A stretch of DNA of 43,338 bases from Archaeoglobaceae archaeon. Its GTDB lineage: Archaea; Halobacteriota; Archaeoglobi; Archaeoglobales; Archaeoglobaceae. The notes beneath the pieces are model-generated. The model did no database searches, was not told where the DNA came from, and was given only the letters and a program-made list of their open reading frames with translations. The DNA is taken from the NCBI GenBank assembly GCA_046290005.1, contig JBKBUO010000002.1, positions 1-43,338 of the forward strand, written 5' to 3'. A program made the translations under genes and the position numbers. Of this stretch, positions 8,640 to 17,602 are shown one piece after another; the first letter of the stretch is position 1, and every line of letters begins with the position of its first letter.

Positions 8640-10112
8640 TTATACTTCCATCGCAGCTTTAATCTCTGGCTCAATATCCTCTTCAGAAGCGGTCTTTGTG
8701 AAGAAGGAAACTACTATCATTACCAATATTGAGAGTAAAAGAGCAATGCTGTAGCTTGGTATTCCGTAAGGCATTTTCCACCCTATTCCTCTCTCCAATA
8801 TCAAGAACGAGATATTCAATATGAGACCCGTCATAAGAGCAGCAATTGCGGCCTCTTTCGTAGCTCTTTTCCAGTTCAAACCTAAACCTATGATTGGGAC
8901 GAGTGCACAGGCAAAATAACCCCAGCCTAATGTTCCAAGTATCGCTACAAGGTAGCCCCCATAGTAACCAAAGATCAAAGCTACTATAGATAGCAAGATT
9001 GTTACTACTCTACCCCATCTAATTTGTGCCTCTCTTGTAAGCTCTCTACCAATAGCTTTTGTAAAATCTCTAACAATTGCTGCGACACCAATTGCGAGGA
9101 ACGCACTCGAAGTCGACATTATCGCAGCCAATAGGCCTGCATAGACAAATCCAGATAACGCCGATGGAAGCTTGGTTAAAAACGCCGGAGCCGCTTCATC
9201 AGCAATTTTCAAAGGTGCGAGTTGTCCAGTTACAACAAACCAAAGCGCAGTATATCCAACAAAGATCCAGAGCAAGCTTGAAAGCATGTAACTGCCACCA
9301 CTTATAACTCCTCCCCATTTTAAATCTTGGAACCTTCGAAGTGCTATGAATTTCGTAGCGAGATGTGGTTGCCCCAAGTTACCAATGACGAAAACGAAAT
9401 ACCATATGAAGGCTAACATCCAAGTTCCAGTTCCTAAGGGATCGACTTTCACCGGATCCTTTAAAGCTATTGGTTCAAAAAGCCCACCAGTTCCTCCTGT
9501 GATAACCAGTGCAGCTATCAAAACTCCAATAGCTGCTATTAACATTACAATTCCCTGCATAACATCCGTCAATATGCTTGCGACCATCCCTGCTATGGCA
9601 GTATAAGTCATTGTGATTCCAAACACAATTAGTATTGCAGCTTCGAGAGGTATCCCCAACAACCCTGCAACCACGTATCCACCAGCCAATACTTGTGTGC
9701 CCAAGTATGCAAAAACTCCGAGTACAAGGCTTATAGCTAGTAGTCCTCTTACAGCTTCACTCTTAAATCTCAGAGCAGCTATGTCAGGCAAAGTGGCGAC
9801 AGGTTTTACTTCTGTGATTAGTCTGATTCTTTTCCCTATTATCCACCACGAGAAACCAAAAGCAGCGGCTTGAGCGAGGGTAATCCAGAGGGAGGTTGCA
9901 CCCATAGCATAGACTAAACCAGGACCACCTACAAAGCCGAATCCGCTCATTATTGCAGCAAAACTTGCAACTCCCACTATAAGTGGTCCAAAAAGTTTAT
10001 GGGCTCCGTAGTATTCTTCTGCCACCTTAACGTATTTTTTAGCATATACTCCCACTGCAAATGTCACGATGAAATAGCAGATTACTATCGCAACAATCAC
10101 GGGATCGCTCAT
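8640..10112 (-). CDS. Sodium:solute symporter family (SSF) transporter
   Basis: 490 aa with about 13 hydrophobic segments and Gly-rich SSF-like helices. Its start overlaps the stop of the upstream small membrane ORF (ATGA). Confidence 0.75.
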   Translation of the reverse strand: MSDPVIVAIVICYFIVTFAVGVYAKKYVKVAEEYYGAHKLFGPLIVGVASFAAIMSGFGFVGGPGLVYAMGATSLWITLAQAAAFGFSWWIIGKRIRLITEVKPVATLPDIAALRFKSEAVRGLLAISLVLGVFAYLGTQVLAGGYVVAGLLGIPLEAAILIVFGITMTYTAIAGMVASILTDVMQGIVMLIAAIGVLIAALVITGGTGGLFEPIALKDPVKVDPLGTGTWMLAFIWYFVFVIGNLGQPHLATKFIALRRFQDLKWGGVISGGSYMLSSLLWIFVGYTALWFVVTGQLAPLKIADEAAPAFLTKLPSALSGFVYAGLLAAIMSTSSAFLAIGVAAIVRDFTKAIGRELTREAQIRWGRVVTILLSIVALIFGYYGGYLVAILGTLGWGYFACALVPIIGLGLNWKRATKEAAIAALMTGLILNISFLILERGIGWKMPYGIPSYSIALLLSILVMIVVSFFTKTASEEDIEPEIKAAMEV

Positions 10113-10537
10113 TCTTTTACACCCCCTTTTGCCTCCTCAATTTTCTTTTTAAACTCTTCAAAAGCGGGCTCTATCAGCTTTTTGAACAAAATTGCGTAGC
10201 TAACTGTAGTAGCAATGTAAATCAATAGCCACATCACCGGGAAGAGTACAAAGAAACCTGGATGCATTCCAGCAATCCAAAAGTCGGGTATCTTCTTGTA
10301 AAAGAGAGCCCAATAGTGGAATATCAGTGAGAGGCAAATCACCCATATTAAAAGAGACAAGACCCCGATTATAATTGCCTCTTTCCTCCTTGAGTTCGAT
10401 GCACCAAGTATTAGCCAAAGCGAAAGGTTTACAGCCATCAAATAGCCAAATATCTGCCAATAGTTCAGCAACGCTACTATCACTAGCAAGAAAGAAGTTA
10501 TTCCGATTCCGAATACGAGTCCTTCTCTAAATTTCAT
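10109..10537 (-). CDS. Small 4-TM membrane protein, a putative symporter accessory subunit
   Basis: 142 aa and hydrophobic. It is translationally coupled (ATGA) to the SSF gene. I do not recognise a family. Confidence 0.5.
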   Translation of the reverse strand: MKFREGLVFGIGITSFLLVIVALLNYWQIFGYLMAVNLSLWLILGASNSRRKEAIIIGVLSLLIWVICLSLIFHYWALFYKKIPDFWIAGMHPGFFVLFPVMWLLIYIATTVSYAILFKKLIEPAFEEFKKKIEEAKGGVKE

Positions 10538-10600
10538 GCTTAGTTCTTGAGTTTGCTAACCTTAAACTTTTGTACAACATGTTTACTTACATTAAAAAAT

Positions 10601-11305
10601 CTAATAAAAATTCATAGAAGTAGAAAGCTTCAAAACCTGGGGAAAGATCTTTTTCACCCCATTTCTCAATTTTCTCGAAACGTAACCCTTAGACAAGTTC
10701 AAATATGAAGATAGATCATCAAGTTTTACCTTCTTTGGGTCACAGAAATAGCCCAATTCAATTGCAAACTCCAAAATTTGTTTCTCGATCAGATCTAAGT
10801 TTTTGATAGAATTTATCAGCTCTACGATTAAAGAGATGTTGGATAAAACCAGGGAGAGATCTTCAGAACTTACGTAGTCTTTTCTCTTTATATAAAACTC
10901 GTGATTCTTATCTAACTCAGAAAGAGTATTTTCCAGAGATTCGTTGTCGTCGAATCCAATATGCCATATCTCTCTTCCCCTTCTGATAAAAAATGGTCCA
11001 ACTACGTATCCATTGTTCCTCTTTATTATATCCATTGCCTCTGTGAAGCGTATGGTCGTTTTGATCATTGCCCTACCTTTTTCCTTTTCTAAAACTTTTA
11101 AATCAATAAAATTTGGCTCCTCTTTAATTTCTCTCAGAGCTAAGTCGAGTTCTTCGGAATTTAACGCGTGAATGTATCCTCTATTTAGTAAGAGTTTGTC
11201 GGTAAAATCCCAAAAGGTCATATAGTATGTTACCTCCATCTTCTCCGAGCTTAATATGAACGGGCAATCTGGTTGGATCATGTCCAACACTACGATGTAG
11301 ACCAT
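10601..11305 (-). CDS. HTH_10 (bacterio-opsin-activator-type) transcriptional regulator
   Basis: The C-terminal EKQILEFAIELGYFCDPKKVKLDDLSSYLNLSKGYVSRKLRNGVKKI matches the HTH_10 helix-turn-helix. It is divergent from the ketone carboxylase operon. Confidence 0.7.
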   Translation of the reverse strand: MVYIVVLDMIQPDCPFILSSEKMEVTYYMTFWDFTDKLLLNRGYIHALNSEELDLALREIKEEPNFIDLKVLEKEKGRAMIKTTIRFTEAMDIIKRNNGYVVGPFFIRRGREIWHIGFDDNESLENTLSELDKNHEFYIKRKDYVSSEDLSLVLSNISLIVELINSIKNLDLIEKQILEFAIELGYFCDPKKVKLDDLSSYLNLSKGYVSRKLRNGVKKIFPQVLKLSTSMNFY

Positions 11306-11412
11306 AATTAATCAAAGAAAAAAGAATTTAAAAATATTTCGAGAAAAGCGATTTAGAGTTGTGCATAGTGTAAGAGTAGGGAAATCACGAGCGGGAATTT
11401 GAATAATTTTTA

Positions 11413-11493
11413 ATGAGCATTCATGAGCAAATTTCATTCATGAGCAAATTTAACCCTAAAATTAATTATATTGCTCATATTTAAAGTTTAATT
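11413..11493. promoter_or_regulatory. Divergent promoter/operator region with ATGAGCA / TGCTCAT boxes around a TATA box
   Basis: Perfect tandem 17-mers cattcatgagcaaattt at 11418-11434 and 11435-11451. An 8-bp inverted repeat, atgagcaa (11440-11447) and ttgctcat (11471-11478), brackets the AT-rich aaaattaattatat. The ATG is at 11494. Confidence 0.55.
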
Positions 11494-13839
11494 ATGGGAA
11501 TAGGCCCCGGGGGTAGAACCCTTTTAGAACTTTTAGAAGAATCAGAAAAGCTTTATCGAGACACTGGGTTTTACTGGGGTTTAGGGAAGTTAGAACTCTA
11601 CGAAAAAGACCCTTTACGATGGGAGCGTGAAAGGGCACAACTCAAAGCTATAATGGTTTTAGCTCGAGAAGCTGCAACGCGAATAGCGGCTTCACCCATA
11701 ACAAGAAGCATAGGTGAAACCTGTTGGGTTCTCTACACACCTGAAGGCGATTCCGTTGTCTTATCCACTGGAATTATTGTGCACGTTCATACGATGAGTG
11801 AAGAAATAAAGTGGATGATTAGAAGAGGATACGAGGAGAATCCTGGAATAATGGACGGGGACCACTTCATTGGCAACGATCCAGCTCTTGGCAACGTGCA
11901 CACAACAGATGTCCACACTCTAACTCCTGTGTTTTATAGAGGAACTTTGATAGGGTGGATAGGTTCAGTGACGCACCAGGTGGACATAGGAGCAAATACA
12001 CCTGGACATGACATCTGCACATCTACTTCAAGATTTGAAGACGGACTATACATAGAGTGCGAATTGGTGATGAGAGATGGAAAACTTTTCCCACATTACT
12101 ATGAAAGAAGCCGAAGAGGTGTGAGAACCCCACTGTACTTCGATCTCGACGAGAAAGCAAGATTCGCTGGTAATGAGATGGCTAAAAGAATGGTATTGCA
12201 ATTTGTAGAGAAGGTGGGACTCAATTACTATATTCAACTGATAAGGGAGATCATAGAGAAGTCGAGAAGAGATTATTTGGCAAGAACAAAAGAGCGTCTC
12301 GTTCCTGGAAGATATCGAACTTTTACACTATCAGAAACTCCTTTTGTTCTGGAAGCCTGGCAACCTCACGCAAGAGATGACTGGTTACATCCATTACCGA
12401 TGGAGATTACGATCACAAGAGAAGGTCGCTGGATAGTAGATATTGAGGGTTCTACGGGTACAGGTCCATGGCCATGGAACGGAGCCATTTCACCTTTCAT
12501 GGGCGGATTTTGGGTGGTAATGACACAGATAATCGGTTATTCTGAAACTATAAACGAAGGGTTTGTCAAAGTCATAGATTTTAGAATACCCGAAAAGAGT
12601 TGGGTTGGAAATCCAGATCCCTATTTGTCGAGAAACGTCCCTTGGTATTTTCTCATACCACAGATGCAAGCTCTGTATAGAACCGTCGCGATGGGTGCAT
12701 TTGCGAGAGGGATAGTGGAAGAGGGAGCAGCAGGCTATGGGATGACCGCAGATCCTGTGCAAGGTGGGGGTGTTACAACAGGCAAAACTGGGCATCCTCC
12801 TGGGATTTACTACCCTATATCAACGTTTGAAATCGCTGGACAAGGATTAGGGGCTAATGCTATTAGAGATGGACTCGACTACGGTTATGCGATGTGGAAT
12901 CCAGAGGGGGACATAGGTGACGTTGAAGAGTGGGAAAGGATACAGGTTGGCTTTATTTACCTTGCGAGAAAAGTCAGACCAAACTCCGCAGGGTATGGTG
13001 AGAGAAGAGGAGGGAGTGGTTACGCACACGTTGCAATTTTCTTTGGAAGCAGAGACAATATACTTCAGAATCTCAACATGGGAAAAGCTTTTACAAATAC
13101 AGGACTCCACGGAGGCTATCCAACCCCTACCGTCTATACTCTGCTATCAAGGGGTGTAAAATTCGATGAATTGATTAAACAAAAGCTCCCTTATCCTATT
13201 TCTGACGACCCAGATAATCCTGAGTTCGAGAAACTCCTTTCGGGATTCTGCAGAGGAATAGAAAGGTTAGACTATGGAACTCATTTCCCTAGAGTTCTTG
13301 AAGAACACGATATCTATTACTTTAAGCAAAATGGTGGTCCAGGCTATGGCGATCCGTTGGATAGACCATTAGAGCTCTGTGAAAAAGATTTGAATGATGG
13401 AATTTATACTTCTGAGATCATGGAAAAAGTTTATGGAGTAGTTGCAAAGTACGATGGGGATAAAGGTGTATGGATCGTTGACAAAGAAGCTTCAGAAAAG
13501 CTTAGAAAGGAGAAGATCGATGAGAGACTTGGAAAAGCAAAAAATTTTGATCACTTCTATAGAGATGAGCGTGAAAAGATCATACGCTCCGACTTCATAA
13601 GACCCGTTGCAAGGATGTATCAGGAGCAAAGGGAAATATCCTCAAGGTTTTGGAGAGATTTCTTGGAGTTTTGGCAATTGCCTGAAGATTACATTCCAGA
13701 GGCTGAGGAACTCGATGAGTATCGAGAAAGAGTCCTAAGAAAACACGAGGAATTGATCGAGCGCTATAGAGAGTTTTTAGAGAAAAAAGGCTACGATTTG
13801 TCCAAGATTAGACATATAACCTTGAGAGAGAGGTGGTAG
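11494..13839 (+). CDS. Acetone carboxylase alpha-subunit-like protein (hydantoinase B / oxoprolinase family)
   Basis: 781 aa, the size and family of AcxB. It sits in an operon with a hydantoinase A-type subunit and a diagnostic acetone carboxylase gamma subunit. Confidence 0.75.
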   Translation: MGIGPGGRTLLELLEESEKLYRDTGFYWGLGKLELYEKDPLRWERERAQLKAIMVLAREAATRIAASPITRSIGETCWVLYTPEGDSVVLSTGIIVHVHTMSEEIKWMIRRGYEENPGIMDGDHFIGNDPALGNVHTTDVHTLTPVFYRGTLIGWIGSVTHQVDIGANTPGHDICTSTSRFEDGLYIECELVMRDGKLFPHYYERSRRGVRTPLYFDLDEKARFAGNEMAKRMVLQFVEKVGLNYYIQLIREIIEKSRRDYLARTKERLVPGRYRTFTLSETPFVLEAWQPHARDDWLHPLPMEITITREGRWIVDIEGSTGTGPWPWNGAISPFMGGFWVVMTQIIGYSETINEGFVKVIDFRIPEKSWVGNPDPYLSRNVPWYFLIPQMQALYRTVAMGAFARGIVEEGAAGYGMTADPVQGGGVTTGKTGHPPGIYYPISTFEIAGQGLGANAIRDGLDYGYAMWNPEGDIGDVEEWERIQVGFIYLARKVRPNSAGYGERRGGSGYAHVAIFFGSRDNILQNLNMGKAFTNTGLHGGYPTPTVYTLLSRGVKFDELIKQKLPYPISDDPDNPEFEKLLSGFCRGIERLDYGTHFPRVLEEHDIYYFKQNGGPGYGDPLDRPLELCEKDLNDGIYTSEIMEKVYGVVAKYDGDKGVWIVDKEASEKLRKEKIDERLGKAKNFDHFYRDEREKIIRSDFIRPVARMYQEQREISSRFWRDFLEFWQLPEDYIPEAEELDEYRERVLRKHEELIERYREFLEKKGYDLSKIRHITLRERW

Positions 13840-16070
13840 AATTGAAACCTGAACCTGTTGTTTTAGGTATCGACACTGGAGGAACGATGACAGATACTGT
13901 GCTTGTCGCAGAGGATGGAAGTTTTGTAATTGGAAAGGCACAAACGACTCCAGCTAACGAAGCTGAAGGTATAATAAATTCTTTGAAAAATGCAGTCGAA
14001 AAATGGGGACTTGAACTTGAAGAAGTTCTACCAGCCCTTAGAACCGTGGTTTACACGGGGACAATAATGCTCAACAGAGTCTTGGAAAGAAGAGGGTTGC
14101 ATCCTCTTGGAATAATAACGACTGCCGGATTTGAAGACACACTGCGAATGGGTAGATCAAGACAAGCTTGGAATACGCTGAGCTATGAAGAAAGATTACA
14201 TGCGATCTCACACTTTTATCCTGAGCCATTGGTTCCCAGAAACATGATAATAGGAGTAAGAGAGAGGACTTTACTAACGGGTGTCGAAATCGCTCCTCTG
14301 TATGAAAGAGATGTTGAAGAGGCTACGAGAACGTTGATAAAAAGAGGAGCTAAAGCAATAATCGTGATGTTTTTAAATTCTTGGGCGAATCCATCTCATG
14401 AAACCCAAGCTGAGCAAATTATAAAGAGAGTCTCAGCAGAGATTGGAAAAGACATACCCGTTTTCCTATCACACAAAATAGCCCCGGTTCTCGGCGAGCT
14501 TAGAAGATTGAATGCTGTTGTAATACAAGTGTATGCTTCAGAAGCTTCAAGAGAACAGTTTGCGAAGATAGAGAGCTCCTTTAGAGAGAAAAATTGTAAA
14601 GCCCCACTTTATATTCTTACGAACTATGGCACAGTCGTGCCTCCGACTTTTGAAAGGCTCATTCATACCGTAACCTCTGGACCAACAGGAGGGGCTGTGG
14701 GTGTTAAGACCCTCGCAGAGCTTTACGGATTCGAATATGTAATAGGTACTGACGTCGGAGGGACGAGCTTTGACGTAACTGCAATAATTGCTAGACAGCC
14801 AATAATGGCGCCCTATACAGTTGTTGAGAGATTTGAGGCCTCTGTGCCCTCTATAAAGACTGAGTCAATTGGAGCTGGGACGGGATCTTTTGTCAGAGTC
14901 GATCCAGTTACAAAGGCGGTGAAGATTGGGCCCCAGAGTGCTGGATATAGGATTGGGGTTTGTTGGGAAGAAGGGGGGATTGAGACTGTTACAATAAACG
15001 ATGCCATGCTCGTTTTAGGTTACTTAAATCCAGATTACTTCCTTGGTGGAGAAATAAAACTAAACAAGAAAAAAGCGGAAAAGGAATTTGAGAGACAAAT
15101 AGCGGAACCACTCGGAATAGAGTTAATTTCAGCTGCTTGGAACTCTTATACACTAGTTTCGGAGCGCATGAAACTACATTTAGAATCGATTGTGAGGTCT
15201 CTTGGACTCTCGCCTGAGAACTTCCATATAGTCTCCTATGGAGGTGGAGGTCCGAGCACAGTTGTTGCTTATACTTCTGGTCTGAAGTTTGCGGGTGTGA
15301 TGATACCTGAAATCGCTCCAGCTTTTTCCGCATGGGGTGCAACTCTGCCAGACTTAGGGATAAGAGTTGAAAAATCGGTAGAAGCTTATGTACCTCCACT
15401 TCCTGGGGTTAAGCCAATGGGTATCGCTGAAACGATAATGAAAGGAGTTGCAGAGCTTTTAGGGATAAAAATAAGAGGATTGAAAGAGATTGAGGGTCTA
15501 AGGAATCTCCTAGTTCAAAATGCTGTAAACGTATTATCTTCTGCATGGAAAGAGCTCCGTGGTTACGTCAGCGATGAGCTTAAAAGTGTAAGGGAAGAGG
15601 GGAGGGTAGAGTGGAAAGCCTCAGTTAGAATGCTTTACGCTGGAATGTTGGACGATATAGAAATCGATTCACCTTCTCTCGAAGCTGCAGAAGAACTTAT
15701 TAAAGAGCTTTGTGAGAGATTCGATGATTTATTCGAGAGAGTTTACGCGACTTCGGCAAGAAGTAGAGAGTTTGGATACACGATAACACGTGCGGTGGTT
15801 ACGGGTTATTTGAGAATGCCAAAACCAAGGATAAAGGAAGAGGCAGAAGTCGGATTAAAACCTTCGGGAGATGCTTTCAAGGGAGAAAGAGAAATCTTCT
15901 GGGAAGGTAAGTGGCATAACGCATCTATTTATGAAATGGGTAAATTAAAGGCAGGGAACTTAATCGAGGGACCTGCGGTCATCGAAGCGCCCGCTTCAAC
16001 ATTTGTAATCCCTCCGACAAACAAGGCTAAGCTTGATAAAAGGAGAATTTTCTGGCTGGAGGTGAGATGA
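13833..16070 (+). CDS. Acetone carboxylase beta-subunit-like protein (hydantoinase A family, ATP-binding)
   Basis: N-terminal VLGIDTGGTMTDTVLV and internal GTDVGGTSFDV are ASKHA-type motifs of hydantoinase A. The GTG start overlaps the upstream stop. Confidence 0.75.
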   Translation: MVELKPEPVVLGIDTGGTMTDTVLVAEDGSFVIGKAQTTPANEAEGIINSLKNAVEKWGLELEEVLPALRTVVYTGTIMLNRVLERRGLHPLGIITTAGFEDTLRMGRSRQAWNTLSYEERLHAISHFYPEPLVPRNMIIGVRERTLLTGVEIAPLYERDVEEATRTLIKRGAKAIIVMFLNSWANPSHETQAEQIIKRVSAEIGKDIPVFLSHKIAPVLGELRRLNAVVIQVYASEASREQFAKIESSFREKNCKAPLYILTNYGTVVPPTFERLIHTVTSGPTGGAVGVKTLAELYGFEYVIGTDVGGTSFDVTAIIARQPIMAPYTVVERFEASVPSIKTESIGAGTGSFVRVDPVTKAVKIGPQSAGYRIGVCWEEGGIETVTINDAMLVLGYLNPDYFLGGEIKLNKKKAEKEFERQIAEPLGIELISAAWNSYTLVSERMKLHLESIVRSLGLSPENFHIVSYGGGGPSTVVAYTSGLKFAGVMIPEIAPAFSAWGATLPDLGIRVEKSVEAYVPPLPGVKPMGIAETIMKGVAELLGIKIRGLKEIEGLRNLLVQNAVNVLSSAWKELRGYVSDELKSVREEGRVEWKASVRMLYAGMLDDIEIDSPSLEAAEELIKELCERFDDLFERVYATSARSREFGYTITRAVVTGYLRMPKPRIKEEAEVGLKPSGDAFKGEREIFWEGKWHNASIYEMGKLKAGNLIEGPAVIEAPASTFVIPPTNKAKLDKRRIFWLEVR

Positions 16071-16630
16071 TGTCAGAAGCTCTTGAAGCGAAAATAAAAG
16101 AGCTTGAGAGATTGCTCGAAAACAAGGCTGGCGAGAAAGAAATCTTTGAAGTGATAGTGAGAGAAAAAGATCCCGAGCTCAGCTTTGATGCAATCATTGA
16201 ATACTTCCAAAGAAGAGTAAGCTGGAAAGAAAGAATACTGATGCCAATCTCCAAACATCTCTTTATAGTGTGCAAGGATGGTAAACCCATAATAAAGGCT
16301 TTTTGCGGTTATGAGTTTGGAGATTACAGAGTTAATTGGAAGATCTTTGCAAAAGTTTTTATTAGAAGAAAAAAGGAGGAAATGGAGGAGATTTATCCGC
16401 ACTTTATGCACGGAGACCCGGATTGGGTTGAAATAAGGGAATACATCTGCCCGGGTTGTGGAAAACTACTTTCAGTCGAAGCAGTCCCACCTGGCTTTCC
16501 TCCGATTTTCGAATTTCTACCCGACATTGTGACTTTTTACGAGGATTGGCTTGGAAAAGAGTTTCCTTGTTCAAAAGTTGAGTTTAGAGACTTGACAGCG
16601 GAGGAAATCAGAAGGAGAATTAAAGTTTGA
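16067..16630 (+). CDS. Acetone carboxylase gamma subunit
   Basis: The motifs NWKIFAKVFIRR, EEIYPHFM, EIREYICPGCGKLLSVEAVPPGFPPIFEFLPDIVTFYEDWLG match the AcxC pattern as I remember it (NWKL..V.VR, EEIYP, IREY.CP.CG.L..VEA, PDI..FY.EWLG). There is an ATGA overlap with the beta subunit. Confidence 0.8.
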   Translation: MMSEALEAKIKELERLLENKAGEKEIFEVIVREKDPELSFDAIIEYFQRRVSWKERILMPISKHLFIVCKDGKPIIKAFCGYEFGDYRVNWKIFAKVFIRRKKEEMEEIYPHFMHGDPDWVEIREYICPGCGKLLSVEAVPPGFPPIFEFLPDIVTFYEDWLGKEFPCSKVEFRDLTAEEIRRRIKV

Positions 16631-16646
16631 ATTTAATTAATTTTTT
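16631..16646 (+). terminator. Oligo-T tract after the carboxylase operon
   Basis: atttaattaaTTTTTT lies directly after the stop at 16628-16630. Archaeal termination typically uses oligo-T runs. Confidence 0.3.
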
Positions 16647-17326
16647 GCAAAGGTTGATGACACTTTGGTGCATATAAGTGGAACTTTGGACTCTCGTAAC
16701 CAAAGTATGGGAGCTTGGGGTAGAGAGATACTGTGATTTTTATAACTCAAGCTCCTCCTCCATGCCTTTATCACTTTCTCAATTTCGAGACTACCACTTT
16801 TCTCTATCGCCTCTTTTACTCTGTAAACCTCTGAAGAGTGGTGAACACTCATGTCTGAGCTCAATCCAAGCAAGGGCTTTGAGCTTCTTTACAACTTTTT
16901 TCATTTCACTGCTCACATGTGTGACGTCTACAGTGTCGTAGAGTATCGACAACACTCCGAATCTCCTACTGTCTGTCGGTTTGTAGAGAACACCTCAATG
17001 GTTAAGACCACCAAAAAAGCCATTGGAATGTCCCTCGCTCCAGATTCCAGCTCGTTGCTTTGTTAAAGTTATCTTCTCTGTATACCAGTTTGAGAGGGCA
17101 GAGATGTATTGTGCATCTTCTCGAAGCTTCTTCAAGCATTGGTAAGGAGCCTTTCTGACCAAAACGCGATTGTTGCAACATAAACTACTTCTAATCCAAA
17201 CTCCTCTTGACCAATCTCTCATCGGTTTTCTACCCCGATATCACCATATGGTGTTTTAAATTCGCAGATTTTTCTTGCACATTCAGTCCAAGCAGTATCT
17301 CCAAGTAGCAAAGCTACCTTTTTCAT
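16637..17326 (-). pseudogene. Fragmented minus-strand gene remnant of unknown family
   Basis: Protein-like pieces lie in three frames. These are MKKVALLLGDTAWTEC... from ATG 17326, ...IWSEGHSNGFFGGLNH ending at an in-frame TGA (16995-16997) with a further 71 open codons behind it, and a 78-aa tail ending at 16637. No intact ORF spans the region. Confidence 0.3.
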
Positions 17327-17540
17327 ACCTATTGCTTTGGCAATTTCGAAGTAGGTCTTTGGCACGTTGTAGTTAAGATCTGGAAAAATTTATGAAGTAG
17401 AACTTTATTTGTCGTAGTTCTGCATAACCTTCAGCTGGTGGCGAACTTGTGATCCACAACTTTTATAAAAACCTAACCCTTTTCGTTGCTTTGAGTTCGA
17501 GGGGATGCATACTGATATTTTGATTAAATCATACTCAAAA

Positions 17541-17602
17541 ATGTGCATTATCAACCTTAAATTTTTAATATGTGCTCATATAAATTGGTTATTGGTGATA
17601 TT
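17541..17602 (+). promoter_or_regulatory. Promoter cassette P2: TATA plus a TGCTCAT box
   Basis: ttaaatttttaatatgtgctcat at 17557-17579. An upstream related box atgtgcat at 17541-17548 lies 31 nt from the proximal box. GGTGA precedes ATG 17603. Confidence 0.5.

Noticed and set aside
10200-10460. Nested alternative-frame ORFs inside membrane protein genes: 10200-10460, 5665-5910, and 9077-9873 on the plus strand.
   Set aside because: They are contained within or antisense to hydrophobic transporter genes, have atypical composition and lack start context.
11418-11451. Tandem 17-bp repeats, as a possible mini-CRISPR or satellite.
   Set aside because: There are only two units with no spacers, located in a promoter and sharing the TGCTCAT/ATGAGCA box with other promoters. 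I interpret them as operator sites.
11494-16070. Annotating the two large ORFs simply as N-methylhydantoinase or 5-oxoprolinase A/B.
   Set aside because: The co-translated third ORF has the acetone carboxylase gamma-subunit pattern, which those enzymes lack. I therefore call it a ketone carboxylase, with the substrate unknown.
16654-16720. A TGATGA (C-box-like) sequence and a 7-bp hairpin (actttgg...ccaaagt) downstream of the carboxylase operon, as a possible C/D box sRNA.
   Set aside because: There is no CTGA D or D' box at the appropriate spacing and no second C' box. It is more likely incidental or a weak terminator hairpin.
16995-16997. An in-frame TGA followed by 71 open codons, as a possible selenocysteine codon.
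   Set aside because: There is no recognisable selenoprotein family and I could not identify a SECIS-like hairpin. The neighbouring pieces are also frameshifted, so gene decay is the simpler explanation.
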